Assembly: GCA_028720145.1 (NCBI GenBank)
Contig: JAQYLJ010000045.1
Location: forward strand, 2,283 to 66,282
From: Clostridia bacterium
GTDB taxonomy: Bacteria; Bacillota; Clostridia; Oscillospirales; CAG-272
Direction of reading: 5' to 3'
DNA length: 64,000 nt
This document shows positions 45,999-55,359 of this stretch, one piece after another. Numbering within the stretch: position 1 is the stretch's first letter; every line of letters begins with the position of its first letter. The notes beneath the pieces were generated by a model, which was not told where the DNA came from, searched no databases, and worked only from the letters and a program-made list of their open reading frames with translations. Made by a program: the position numbers and the translations under genes.

Positions 45999-46715
45999 TC
46001 AAAGCCCTCCGTACCGCCGCTGCCGCCCGCAGTAGTCTTTTAGAATGGCATCGAGTTCCCGCTCTCCGAAGGACGGCCACGGGGTCTTGGTAAACGCGTA
46101 TTCGGCATACGCCGACTGCCACAAGAGGAAATTCGAGACGCGTGTCTCCCCGCCGGTGCGTACCACCAGATCGGGGTCGGGCATCCCGCCGGTATAGAGC
46201 GCGGCGGAAATATCCTCGGGGGTCACCTCGGTGACACCTTTGGCAATCAGCTCGTTCACCGCATGGGTGATCTCCTGCCGCCCGCCGTAGTTCAGGGCGA
46301 TATTCAGGGTGTAATCGGTAAAGCCCGCGGTCGCTTCTTCGAGATCACAGATCTTCCAGATGAGGTCCTCCGAGAGGGGTTTGAGGTCCCCCAAAACGCG
46401 GACGCGCATCTTGTTTTTATCCTTATCCCGCATCGCCTCGTCGAGATAATCCGCGAGAAGCGACATGATGCCGTCCACTTCTTTTTTCGGGCGGTTCCAG
46501 TTCTCGGTGGAGAAGGCATAGACCGTCACCGTCCGAATGCCGCGGTCGCGGCAGGCGGTCACGATTTTCCGAAGGTTTTTCGCCCCTGCGCTGTGTCCCG
46601 CCTCACGCGGGAGCCCCCGTTTCTGTGCCCATCTGCCGTTCCCGTCCATGATGAACGCGATATGCGAAAGGCAATCCCCGCACACGACAGGTTCTGGTTT
46701 GTGAAACAGTTTCAA
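45999..46715 (-). CDS. uppS: isoprenyl transferase (undecaprenyl diphosphate synthase)
   Basis: HIAFIMDGNGRWA and FSTENWNRP. The start is apparently TTG, with GAGGTG 5 nt upstream. Confidence 0.92.
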   Translation of the reverse strand: MKLFHKPEPVVCGDCLSHIAFIMDGNGRWAQKRGLPREAGHSAGAKNLRKIVTACRDRGIRTVTVYAFSTENWNRPKKEVDGIMSLLADYLDEAMRDKDKNKMRVRVLGDLKPLSEDLIWKICDLEEATAGFTDYTLNIALNYGGRQEITHAVNELIAKGVTEVTPEDISAALYTGGMPDPDLVVRTGGETRVSNFLLWQSAYAEYAFTKTPWPSFGERELDAILKDYCGRQRRYGGL

Positions 46716-46728
46716 GGTGCACCTCGTT

Positions 46729-47283
46729 TCAGATGGTCATCATCTCTTTGTTTTTCGCCTCGATGATGGCATCGATTTTCTTAATGTATTTGTCGGTGAG
46801 ATCCTGTACCGCTTTGTCCGAGAGTTTCGCCTCGTCCTCGGTCATCTCTCCATTCTTCTTCTGTTCCTTGATTGCGTCGTTCGCGTCGCGGCGAATGTTG
46901 CGGATGGCGACCTTGGCGCCCTCGCCTTTCGCGGCGACCTGCTTGATCATCTCGCGACGGCGATCCTCGGTCATGGGCGGGAACACGAGACGCAGAACCG
47001 ACCCGTCATTCTGCGGATGAATACCGATGTCGGAGGTCTGAATCGCCTTGTCCATCTCTTTGAGCGTGGACTTGTCATAGGGCGTGAGCACGAGGGTGCG
47101 CGCGTCGGGCGTCGAGACATTCGCCATGGTCAGAATGGGCGTGGGCGAACCGTAATAACTGAAAGTGACTTTGGAGAGCACTTCCGGATTGGCTTTCCCG
47201 ACCCGCATGGTCGCGAGCTCCGCTGTGAAAGCGTCCGCGGTCTTCTGCATTTTCTCTTCAAATTTTTTGGTATCGAGTTTCAT
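46729..47283 (-). CDS. frr: ribosome recycling factor
   Basis: 184 aa with typical RRF sequence (LTEDRRREMIKQV..., IRNIRRDAND). Confidence 0.95.
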   Translation of the reverse strand: MKLDTKKFEEKMQKTADAFTAELATMRVGKANPEVLSKVTFSYYGSPTPILTMANVSTPDARTLVLTPYDKSTLKEMDKAIQTSDIGIHPQNDGSVLRLVFPPMTEDRRREMIKQVAAKGEGAKVAIRNIRRDANDAIKEQKKNGEMTEDEAKLSDKAVQDLTDKYIKKIDAIIEAKNKEMMTI

Positions 47284-47331
47284 GGTAATTCTCCTTTTCG
47301 GATGATGATTTTTTATGTTGTGAGAAGGTCC

Positions 47332-48039
47332 TTAATCGCAGGTAATGACCGTTCCGAAGTTCTCCCCGCGCGCGGCGCGCAGAATGTTCTTCGGCGTATC
47401 GAGCCCGAACACCAAGACGGGAATCTTGGCATCCATGCAGAGGGCGGCGGCGGTGGCATCAATCGCGCGGAGCCCGCGGCTCAGAATCTCTTTGCAGGAG
47501 ACGGTATCGAGTTTCACCGCATTCGGGTTCACCCGCGGGTCGTCGGTATAAATGCCGTCGATGTTCTTCGCCATCAGAATGGCATCCGCGCCGATTTCCG
47601 CAGCACGCATGGCGGCGGCGGTGTCGGTCGAAAAATACGGCAGACCAATCCCGCCCCCGAAGATGACGGTATGTCCTTTCTCCAAATGCTCTTTTGCCCC
47701 GTACGAGGTATAGAGCTCGGCGAACTGCGGCATGGAGACCGAGGTCAGGACGACCGCGTCCATCCCCGCGCGCCGAAAACTGTCTTTGAGCATGAGCGCA
47801 TTGACGCAGGTGGCGAGCATCCCCATCGCGTCGGCGGTGCCTCTGTCCATCTCGACGCCCTGTCTGCCGCGCCAGATATTCCCCGCGCCGACCATGACGG
47901 CGACCTCGATGCCCTCATCGGTCGCGGCTTTGATGGCCTCGGCAACCTCGGCGAGAAATGCGTGATTGTAGATACCGTCACTCCCCTGTGCGAGCGCTTC
48001 GCCCGACAGTTTGAGCAGTACGCGTTTGTATTTTCCCAT
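47332..48039 (-). CDS. pyrH: UMP kinase
   Basis: YKRVLLKLSGEAL and GAGNIWRG. 235 aa. Confidence 0.95.
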   Translation of the reverse strand: MGKYKRVLLKLSGEALAQGSDGIYNHAFLAEVAEAIKAATDEGIEVAVMVGAGNIWRGRQGVEMDRGTADAMGMLATCVNALMLKDSFRRAGMDAVVLTSVSMPQFAELYTSYGAKEHLEKGHTVIFGGGIGLPYFSTDTAAAMRAAEIGADAILMAKNIDGIYTDDPRVNPNAVKLDTVSCKEILSRGLRAIDATAAALCMDAKIPVLVFGLDTPKNILRAARGENFGTVITCD

Positions 48040-48076
48040 GGAAACCTCCGCTTTTGTATTCTATTTTTTCTTATAT

Positions 48077-48105
48077 ATCTTACAACAAATCGGGCGCGTT
48101 GTAAA
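48077..48105 (-). promoter_or_regulatory. candidate promoter of pyrH
   Basis: Minus strand reads TTTACA (48105-48100), 17 nt, TAAGAT (48082-48077). Confidence 0.4.
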
Positions 48106-48454
48106 CACTTTTTTCTCGCCTCGCGCCGTCTGCCCGCCCGTTTTCTCTCATGTCCTATCCCCTGTGGCACCCGTCGAAACGCTTGACAAAGCCGCAGTAT
48201 TATCAAGGCGGAGCCGTAAATACGGGTTCTCCCCGTTCCTTGGGCAAGATATTCTCCCTATTCCTTACGGGGGGGCTTCGAAGATGATTTCGCTCGCTCA
48301 TACACATACCGAGCAGTCAATAAAGCGAGACAAACTAAGTTATGAAGCGGAGAAGAAACAGAGAGAATAGATTTTTCATGCGAAGTGCAACACTTGATAG
48401 CATCATTCACCGAGAAACCTTCATTTGTCTCGAACTGCAAAAGATACCCAAATC

Positions 48455-48605
48455 GTGCCTTCTCCCGCGGGAGAAGGTGTCAGCCGACGGATGACGGATG
48501 AGGCGTTTCACAATGGCTATAAGTTAGGTGTGAAGCATTGTTTCTTTCTTCTCTCACTCCTCATCCACCGCTCGCGCGGTCCCCCTTCTCCCACAGGAGA
48601 AGGCA
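48455..48605. repeat. two more copies of the GC-rich palindromic repeat family
   Basis: GTGCCTTCTCCCGCGGGAGAAGGTG (48455-48479) and CCACCGCTCGCGCGGTCCCCCTTCTCCCACAGGAGAAGGCA (48565-48605). Both have the same architecture as the units at 973-1064. Confidence 0.65.
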
Positions 48606-48628
48606 ATTCAAATATGTATTCTTCACCG

Positions 48629-48663
48629 AAAAAGAAAGCGCGACCGACAAAAGTCGGTCGCGC
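48629..48663 (-). terminator. intrinsic terminator after tsf
   Basis: GCGCGACCGAC-AAAA-GTCGGTCGCGC (48638-48663), followed on the minus strand by TTTCTTTTT. Confidence 0.8.
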
Positions 48664-48683
48664 GTATTTTCGTGGGAACGGTA

Positions 48684-49610
48684 TCAGTTTCCGGAGACCA
48701 TCTTCGCGACTTCTGCCGCGAGGTCGTCCTCTCTCTTCTGAATGCCTTCGCCCTTCTCGTAGCGGTAGAAAGCAAGCACCTTGATATCCGCGCCGAGTTC
48801 TTTCGCGGTCTTGGCGACATACTGCGAGACGGTCATGGAGTCGTCTTTGACATACGCCTGTTCAAGCACGCAGTTGTTCTCGTAGTACTTCTTCAGTTTG
48901 CCGTTGACGATTCCCTCAAGCACCTTCTCGGGTTTATTCGCCATCTTGGGGTCTGCCTTCATCTGCGCGAGGATAATGCCCTTCTCCTCTTCGAGGACCG
49001 AAGCGGGGACATCGGTGGTCGCGAGATAAGGAATGTTGTATGCGGCGATCTGGAGCGCGATATTCTTCGCAAATTCCTTAAATTCGGGTTTCTCGGCGGT
49101 CGCGGCATCGGTATCGAACTTCACGACGACACCCGTCACGCCCATACCATGGACATAGGTGGAAACCACGCCCTCAACGAGGACGAAACGGCGGATGCTG
49201 AGTTTCTCACCGATGGTGTAGGTCTTCTCTTGAAGTTCTGCGAGCACGGTATTCTCGGCGTTGTAGGGGCAGTTCATCAGCGCGTCGACATCTGCGGGTT
49301 TGTTCGCGAGAATCGCATCGAGGATGCCCGAGACAAATGCCTGGAAAGCCGCGTTCTTCGCAACGAAGTCGGTCTCGGAGTTGACCTCGACCATCGCGGT
49401 CAGGTCCCCTGCCGTCTTGATGGCGACAAGACCCTCGGCGGCGATTCTGCCCGCCTTCTTCGCGGTAGCGGCCATGCCCTTTTCACGCAGGACCTTGATC
49501 GCCTCGTCAAAATTGCCGTCTGCCTCGACGAGTGCGTTCTTGCAGTCCATCATGCCGCAGCCGGTCTGTCTGCGGAGTTCCGCTACATCTTTTGCAGTAA
49601 AGTTAGCCAT
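48684..49610 (-). CDS. tsf: translation elongation factor Ts
   Basis: TAKDVAELRRQTGCGMMDCKNAL is the N-terminal UBA-like motif. 308 aa. Confidence 0.96.
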   Translation of the reverse strand: MANFTAKDVAELRRQTGCGMMDCKNALVEADGNFDEAIKVLREKGMAATAKKAGRIAAEGLVAIKTAGDLTAMVEVNSETDFVAKNAAFQAFVSGILDAILANKPADVDALMNCPYNAENTVLAELQEKTYTIGEKLSIRRFVLVEGVVSTYVHGMGVTGVVVKFDTDAATAEKPEFKEFAKNIALQIAAYNIPYLATTDVPASVLEEEKGIILAQMKADPKMANKPEKVLEGIVNGKLKKYYENNCVLEQAYVKDDSMTVSQYVAKTAKELGADIKVLAFYRYEKGEGIQKREDDLAAEVAKMVSGN

Positions 49611-49621
49611 CTTGTTCCTCC

Positions 49622-50386
49622 TTATTCTGCCGCGGTTTCGGTTGCGGGTGCTTCGGCGGGCGCTTCCTCGGTGGCGGGAGCCGCTTCGGCTGCCTCGTTC
49701 GTCTCACCGCCGTGTCCTTCGATCACCGCATCGGCGATCGCACCGGTGATGAGTTTGATGGCGCGGATCGCGTCATCGTTACCCGGGATGATATAGTCGG
49801 CGTCATCGGGATCGCAGTTGGTGTCGACGATGGCGATGACGGGAATGCCCAGTTTCTTCGCTTCGAGGATGGCGTTATGCTCTTTGTGGGTATCGACCAC
49901 GAACACGGCATCCGGCAGGGTCTCCATGTTCTTGATACCGCCGTAGTTCTTTTCGAGGTCGTCGATCTCTTTGAGTTTCTTCGCGACTTCTTTCTTGGGG
50001 AGCAGGTTGAAAGTGCCGTCTTCCTGCATCTTTTCGAGTTCTTTCAGACGCGCGATGCTCTTGCGAATGGTCTTGAAGTTGGTGAGCATTCCGCCCGGCC
50101 AACGCACATTCACATAGTACATACCGCACTTGGTCGCTTCTTCTTTGATGGTGTCGGTCGCCTGTTTCTTGGTACCGATGAAGAGGACGGTCCCGCCCGC
50201 TTCGGAGAGGTAACGCACATAGGTGCACGCCTCTTCAAACTTCTTCACGGTCTTTTGCAGGTCGACGATGTGAATCCCGTTCCGGTGAGTGAAGATGTAC
50301 TCAGCCATTTTCGGGTTCCATTTCTTGGTCGGGTGACCGAAATGGACGCCTGCTTCGAGCAGTTGCTTGATGGTGATGTTGAACAT
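49622..50386 (-). CDS. rpsB: 30S ribosomal protein S2
   Basis: [19 protein letters not shown], with an acidic Ala/Glu-rich C-terminal tail. Confidence 0.96.
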   Translation of the reverse strand: MFNITIKQLLEAGVHFGHPTKKWNPKMAEYIFTHRNGIHIVDLQKTVKKFEEACTYVRYLSEAGGTVLFIGTKKQATDTIKEEATKCGMYYVNVRWPGGMLTNFKTIRKSIARLKELEKMQEDGTFNLLPKKEVAKKLKEIDDLEKNYGGIKNMETLPDAVFVVDTHKEHNAILEAKKLGIPVIAIVDTNCDPDDADYIIPGNDDAIRAIKLITGAIADAVIEGHGGETNEAAEAAPATEEAPAEAPATETAAE

Positions 50387-50514
50387 GAAATGTTCCTCCT
50401 GATTGGTTGTCCTCCACAGAGTAAACCCGTACCACCCGCCATCAAAACGGGCACCGGCACGACTATCCGCTCTGTGTGTAGATAAAATTTCCGTGCTCGC
50501 GCACAGATATTGGT

Positions 50515-50544
50515 ATTATATAATATTTCGGGATGGATTTACAA
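50515..50544 (-). promoter_or_regulatory. sigma-A type promoter of rpsB-tsf
   Basis: Minus strand reads TTGTAA (50544-50539), 18 nt, TATAAT (50520-50515). This leaves a leader of about 120 nt. Confidence 0.5.
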
Positions 50545-50570
50545 GAATATTTTTCTTGATGGAATATAAT

Positions 50571-51440
50571 TTACAATTTATTCACAAATTCAAGACAAGC
50601 GGGCGCGTGCCGGAGGAGCGGGAGAACCTCGCGGTAGAGCGACGGGAGAGACGCCCGCGGAAGCGGATTCTCTCCTAACCCGACTTCGACCGTGACGGCG
50701 GGAATCCCCATCTCCGCGAGGGTATCGGAGAGCCCGCCGTATGCCGCGGCACCCGTGGGATGCCCTGCGCGGTAGCCGACACGCCTCCCGAGGAGTTCCG
50801 CCCAAAAGCGGGTCGCGCGGGGTGCGCCCGCGCCGAAGAAGAGTTCCCTGCCCTGCGTATGGAGCGAGAGCACCCCGTCGGGGGAAAGCATGGAGACGAG
50901 GGAGAGCATCGCGGCGCTCTCCGGCTCCGAGAGTGGGTACTCTCCGCTAAATCGCGTGGGTGCGCCGCCGAGAATCCCGAGTTCCCTCTCTACGGCGCGG
51001 TATTCCTCGAATCCCGCGGGATAGTTATGATTTAGGTCCACCCCTCTTGCATTCGCCTGCCAATGCCGAAAGTCGGGGTCTCCCCCGTTCATGGCGCGCT
51101 GTCTCTCGGTGAGCAGGCAGGACGGGGTGGTGCCCCGTATTTGCAGCTCCGCCCCGTCGGGATTCAGGCAGGGGACAAAATAGAGTGTCCCCTGTGGGAG
51201 CCGTTCTTCCCCCGCCGCGAAGGCGAGGAGCAGATTCCCCGTCAGCCACTCCATGGCGTGATGCCCCGCGACATAGAGCACCCGCGGTGACCCCTCCCCG
51301 ATTCTAAGGCACCACAGCGTCCTCCCGAGGATACTCTTCCCGAACGGGAACCACCAGCCGTCGCCCCGCCGTCTTGTCACTTCTTCCCGCATGGCTCGAT
51401 ACCCCGCCCGCGTCATCGGGGTGTCCCAAAACAGACGCAT
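50571..51440 (-). CDS. M14-family zinc carboxypeptidase (gamma-D-glutamyl-meso-DAP peptidase-like)
   Basis: GHHAMEW is an HxxE zinc site. Also VDLNHNYPAGFE and SLHTQG. The start was trimmed to MRLFWDTP. Confidence 0.8.
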   Translation of the reverse strand: MRLFWDTPMTRAGYRAMREEVTRRRGDGWWFPFGKSILGRTLWCLRIGEGSPRVLYVAGHHAMEWLTGNLLLAFAAGEERLPQGTLYFVPCLNPDGAELQIRGTTPSCLLTERQRAMNGGDPDFRHWQANARGVDLNHNYPAGFEEYRAVERELGILGGAPTRFSGEYPLSEPESAAMLSLVSMLSPDGVLSLHTQGRELFFGAGAPRATRFWAELLGRRVGYRAGHPTGAAAYGGLSDTLAEMGIPAVTVEVGLGENPLPRASLPSLYREVLPLLRHAPACLEFVNKL

Positions 51441-51568
51441 CTCTTCTCTTCCCCCTGTTCTTTTCGCCAGTATATGCGGGTAACGCAAAAAAAGTTTGTC
51501 GAATCCCCTGTTTTTTTCCCGTTTTTTATGCTAGAATAGGAAAGTACTGTGAATGGGAGGAACAACGC

Positions 51569-52300
51569 GTGCATATTCGTAAGAGCGAAACGACTCCCCG
51601 AGGACTGCTTTTCCTGTTTGCCTCCATCGAGCTTTTCTCGGCGTTTGCGTCCATTGGGCTTTCCGCCCTCGCGGCGCGCGGCAACATTCTGTCCATCCCC
51701 CTCGACTATTTTCTCGTGTTCCTCGACCGTGCGCTCATCGGCGGTTGGACCATGGTCGCCCTCTGGCGGGCGAACCGCGCGGGGATTTGGCGAGGGTTCA
51801 GAATCATCGGGATGTTCATCTTGGAGTTTTCGGTGAAAGACCTGATCGGGAATACCGCCGAATATCTTATGAAAGAAACCTACTCATTCGGGGGCTGTCT
51901 TCTCAAAGGGGTGGCGACGACGCTCATCCACACCACCCTGCTCGAAGGTGCGGTCGTCTTGGCTCTCTTTTGGTTCTCATGGTACCTATTTCTCTCGCGC
52001 CGCGGTCCTGCCGACCCCTATCCCGGGCTGTTCCGCATCCGCGGGAACACGCTCTCGGAAGCAGAGCTGCTGCTGATTTCTCTTCTGACCGTCCGTTTCC
52101 TCATCGAGCGCGTAATCGCTGCCGTGGAATACGGGAACAAATACGACTGGCTCCTGCGCACCTCGCAGATTCAACTGATGGTCGCGGACTTCGTCGTACT
52201 CTTCGCCGCGGGATTTGTATCCTATCTCGTCGCGGGGACGGTGCGTCGCTTCTTCCTCGCGGAGACCCCCGCAGCGAGCGATCCCGCTGTTCCGAACTAA
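51569..52300 (+). CDS. polytopic membrane protein, unknown function
   Basis: GTG start 6 nt after GGGAGGAA. The longer ATG start would overlap the divergent peptidase gene. About 6 hydrophobic spans. Confidence 0.55.
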   Translation: MHIRKSETTPRGLLFLFASIELFSAFASIGLSALAARGNILSIPLDYFLVFLDRALIGGWTMVALWRANRAGIWRGFRIIGMFILEFSVKDLIGNTAEYLMKETYSFGGCLLKGVATTLIHTTLLEGAVVLALFWFSWYLFLSRRGPADPYPGLFRIRGNTLSEAELLLISLLTVRFLIERVIAAVEYGNKYDWLLRTSQIQLMVADFVVLFAAGFVSYLVAGTVRRFFLAETPAASDPAVPN

Positions 52301-52345
52301 CCCCACACTCCCCTCGTCTATTTTATCTGAGAAAGGATTATTGAT

Positions 52346-52735
52346 ATGTCGAACAATTCCACCAAACACCCGCTTACCCTCACCGGCATTCTCGTCTCGA
52401 TCGCGTTTCTGCTCCTGTCCTTCGACACGGTCTGGAACTCGCTGATTGATTCGATCAAGAAACTTTTTGAGAACCCGACTGCTCCCGACTGGCTCCTGAC
52501 CCTGACCGGCGCGTTCTTGGCGATTCTCCTGCTCGTCACCGGCATCCTCGGTCTGTTCCCGAACCCGAAGCGGCGCGCCATCCGCATCCTCTCGCTCATC
52601 ATCCTCGTCCTCTCCGCCGCATTCTTCATCATGGGACTGATGCAGTTCCAGAAAACCTTCCCGTTCATCAGCATTCAGACCCCCATGCTGGTGCAGGCCA
52701 TCTTGGCGTGGGTGCTCTACTGCGAAACGAAATAA
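52346..52735 (+). CDS. small 4-TM membrane protein, unknown function
   Basis: 129 aa with four hydrophobic spans. GAAAGGA upstream. Confidence 0.55.
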   Translation: MSNNSTKHPLTLTGILVSIAFLLLSFDTVWNSLIDSIKKLFENPTAPDWLLTLTGAFLAILLLVTGILGLFPNPKRRAIRILSLIILVLSAAFFIMGLMQFQKTFPFISIQTPMLVQAILAWVLYCETK

Positions 52736-52760
52736 CGCCACGGTAGAGTTCAGAATATGA

Positions 52761-52796
52761 AAGCGGAGCCGCAAATGCGGCTCCGCTTTGTGTTTG
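52761..52796. terminator. terminator between convergent genes
   Basis: AAGCGGAGCCGC-AAAT-GCGGCTCCGCTT followed by TGTGTTTG. Confidence 0.7.
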
Positions 52797-52801
52797 AAAA
52801 T

Positions 52802-53572
52802 TCAGTTTTCCTCATTCGGGCGGTCGCTCTCGGAGAGGGTCTCCGCCGTCTCCGTATCGACTGTCTTCTCGTCATCCGTCTCCGTGTCACTCGCCTCTAA
52901 GGTCGTGTCGTCCTCCTCATCCTCGGGACAGGGGATGCAGGCGAGATCGGTCTCCAAAAACGCGAGAAACGCGGCGTGCGTATCGCGCGGGCGATACCGC
53001 ATCACGAGTTCCAACATGCGGAACACCCAGAAACAGATCGGCGCGATGAGCGGGAGCCAAGCATTCCGATTCCCGATCAGGTAAGTGATCCCCCAAACCG
53101 AGAAATAGAGGAACGCCCCGACAAACAGCATCACCGTCAGGTTCGCCGCGATTTTCGCCGCGAGCGAGGTATCCGCCGTGTCCTCGGTCTCTAATGCCTC
53201 ATCGGGCTCCGTCTCTAAGGCAGGTTCGGTTTCCCCGGCGGTGTCGGTTTCGGCGGGTTCTGTCTCCTCGACAGGTTCCGATTCTTCGACAAGTTCCGTC
53301 TCTTCGAGAGGAGCGGCATCCGCGAGCCGCGGAATGTCCTCCAAATGGAAGTCGAGCATCAGATACCCGTCTTCTTCCGAGCGCGTCCCAACCGCGACCA
53401 AGTCGTAGTCCTTCGCGCGATAAATCCGAATGGCGACGAGCGCGGGGTCGTCGGGCGTGGGGATGCGGACATACTGATAGGCGGGGTTCTTCACCCGCGT
53501 ATGCTGTTCTTCCAAGCGTTTTTCGAGATACCCGTCAAACGCCTGCGCTTCAATGGCACATTGAAATTTCAT
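52802..53572 (-). CDS. hypothetical membrane protein: globular N-domain, Glu/Thr-rich linker, 2 TM, acidic tail
   Basis: The start was trimmed to MKFQCAIEAQ (ATG 53572, GGGAGG upstream, directly after the upstream stop). The linker reads EETELVEESEPVEETEPAETDTAGETEPALETEPDEALETED. Confidence 0.6.
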   Translation of the reverse strand: MKFQCAIEAQAFDGYLEKRLEEQHTRVKNPAYQYVRIPTPDDPALVAIRIYRAKDYDLVAVGTRSEEDGYLMLDFHLEDIPRLADAAPLEETELVEESEPVEETEPAETDTAGETEPALETEPDEALETEDTADTSLAAKIAANLTVMLFVGAFLYFSVWGITYLIGNRNAWLPLIAPICFWVFRMLELVMRYRPRDTHAAFLAFLETDLACIPCPEDEEDDTTLEASDTETDDEKTVDTETAETLSESDRPNEEN

Positions 53573-53577
53573 TTGGG

Positions 53578-54096
53578 TCAACCTCCCGCAATCAGCGACG
53601 CGAGGAGAGCAATCAAGCTCCCGACCCCGGCGATACCGCTCGCAACGGCAGACCACAGGGCAAAGCGAAGCACGCGCGCCATATGCGCGATTCTCCCCGA
53701 GAGGGTGTCGATTTTGGTCTGCATCTCCACGAGTTGCCCCGTCACTTCTTTCACCGGTACGACCGCGACCGGCGGCTGTGTCGGACGGGCAGGGAGATTC
53801 CCCTGCGGTGGCGTGCTTGTCCCCGCGAGGGGTTCCGCCTTCCGCGGGGTGATGCGGTCGAGATAGGCGCAATAGGCGGAGAGCGCATTCATCCCTCGCG
53901 GTGTAATCCCGCGCGTGGAGAGCTCCTGCTTCCATGCCGCGAGATGCTCGGCGTGCGTCTCGTAGTGATTCGTCTCTTCAAGGAACGGCGCGATCTTCTT
54001 TCTGCACGAGGTGCAAAAGACCGCCTCGGAGCCCGGGAACAGTTCTTCTGTCTCATTGAATAGAAACAGGCGCGTATTGCAGTTTACGCAATTCAT
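53578..54096 (-). CDS. hypothetical zinc-ribbon protein with C-terminal TM anchor
   Basis: The start was trimmed to MNCVNCN (GGAGGAGGG upstream). It carries CxxC...CxxC (CVNC..CTSC) and the C-terminal hydrophobic segment LWSAVASGIAGVGSLIALLASLIAGG. Confidence 0.6.
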   Translation of the reverse strand: MNCVNCNTRLFLFNETEELFPGSEAVFCTSCRKKIAPFLEETNHYETHAEHLAAWKQELSTRGITPRGMNALSAYCAYLDRITPRKAEPLAGTSTPPQGNLPARPTQPPVAVVPVKEVTGQLVEMQTKIDTLSGRIAHMARVLRFALWSAVASGIAGVGSLIALLASLIAGG

Positions 54097-54280
54097 ATGG
54101 ATTCCCTCCTCCGTTTTGATAACGGAATTGTAGCACATTTGCCATCCTCTGTCAAGTCGAATCCCTCCGCCGGTCTGAGAAAACGTCCCGCAACCGTGTC
54201 GCACCCCGGAAAAACAGTTCATACAAAGTTTATATTCCTTTCTTATAATCTCTAAGTCGACAAAAAAGGAGGGGGAAACG

Positions 54281-55231
54281 ATGTTCGCATTTGTCTTTAT
54301 GCTGATAGCGGGATTCTTTCCCCTTTTGTTTCTTCTCATCTACGCGAGTTATGTCTTAAAACACAAAGAGCGCTATTCCGAAGAACGGCGCTTCTCGCTC
54401 GCGAAAAAGATCATTCATACCTGTGAATTTTTCTCGAATACTTCCCCACGGTTCTTCGGGCTCGAGAACCTGCCGCCCAAAGAAACCGGGTATTTGCTGA
54501 TAGCGAACCATCAGGGGAAATACGATGCGCTCGCGGTCATCAGTGCGATGGAAAACCCGCTCGGTGTGCTGATGGAGACCCATCAGGCGGGGAAATTCGG
54601 GGTACGACAGGTCATGGGTCTGCTCGACGGGGAGAATATCGATCTCACCCGCCCGCGCCAGCAGTTGCGTATCATCCGCCGCATCGGTGAGCGGGTGCGC
54701 GACGGCGCACATTTCCTGGTCTTCCCCGAGGGGGGATATGTCGATAACCACAACAGCATTCTGAACTTTCACAACGGCTGTCTGTTCTCCGCCTACCTCG
54801 CGCGGTGTCCCATCGTCCCTGTCCTTTTGGTGGACACCTATCGCTCCATGAACCGCAACAACATCTTCGCGCATGTGAAGCCCGAAGTACATTTCCTCCC
54901 GCCCATCCCCTACGAGGCATATAAAGACCTCTCGCGGGAAGAGACGACGCAGATGGTCAGAGGAATCCTGATTCAAAAGATGACCGAACGGCTCGCCGAG
55001 CGTGGCGAGACGTATGTCCCACGCGACATGGACGCGCCCATGCCGAAAGCGGCGCGTAAGGCATACGAGGCGGAACTCCGCGCCAATGCGAAGAAAGCGG
55101 GAGTCAAGCAAGACGAGAGACCTCAGTCCGGGAAGGTTCCCTCTCGGGAAACCGCACCTCCCGAGGAACCCCCGCATGAACTAACAAGTGCTCCCCTGCC
55201 CGACGATGCGCGCAAAGCAAACGGGGGATAA
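54281..55231 (+). CDS. plsC: 1-acyl-sn-glycerol-3-phosphate acyltransferase family
   Basis: NHQGKYD is the HX4D motif. Also FPEGG, an N-terminal TM span, and a disordered basic/Pro-rich tail. AAGGAGGGGG RBS. Confidence 0.85.
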   Translation: MFAFVFMLIAGFFPLLFLLIYASYVLKHKERYSEERRFSLAKKIIHTCEFFSNTSPRFFGLENLPPKETGYLLIANHQGKYDALAVISAMENPLGVLMETHQAGKFGVRQVMGLLDGENIDLTRPRQQLRIIRRIGERVRDGAHFLVFPEGGYVDNHNSILNFHNGCLFSAYLARCPIVPVLLVDTYRSMNRNNIFAHVKPEVHFLPPIPYEAYKDLSREETTQMVRGILIQKMTERLAERGETYVPRDMDAPMPKAARKAYEAELRANAKKAGVKQDERPQSGKVPSRETAPPEEPPHELTSAPLPDDARKANGG

Positions 55232-55236
55232 CAAAA

Positions 55237-55275
55237 CCGACCGTCCATAATTAAGACGATCGGTTTTTCTTTTTG
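55237..55275 (+). terminator. intrinsic terminator after plsC
   Basis: CCGACCGTC-loop-GACGATCGG (1 mismatch) followed by TTTTTCTTTTT. Confidence 0.55.
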
Positions 55276-55277
55276 TT

Positions 55278-55359
55278 AAAGGGCGATCCGTGCGGAACGT
55301 AAGGGGCAACCCGTGCGGCGTCGAAACGGGGGAACGCCTGCCGCATAAGGGCAAAATCA
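55278..55359. repeat. ~3.5 tandem copies of a 23-nt GC-rich unit
   Basis: AAAGGGCGATCCGTGCGGAACGT, then AAGGGGCAACCCGTGCGGCGTCG, then AAACGGGGGAACGCCTGCCGCAT, then the partial AAGGGCAAAATCA. Confidence 0.55.

Noticed and set aside
46717-48186. 489-aa plus-strand ORF
   Set aside because: It is antisense to frr and pyrH and runs through their intergenic spacer and promoter.
48258-48440. 60-aa minus-strand ORF in the tsf-pyrH spacer
   Set aside because: It has no RBS, atypical AT-rich codon usage compared with all real genes here, and it overlaps the inverted-repeat-flanked segment.
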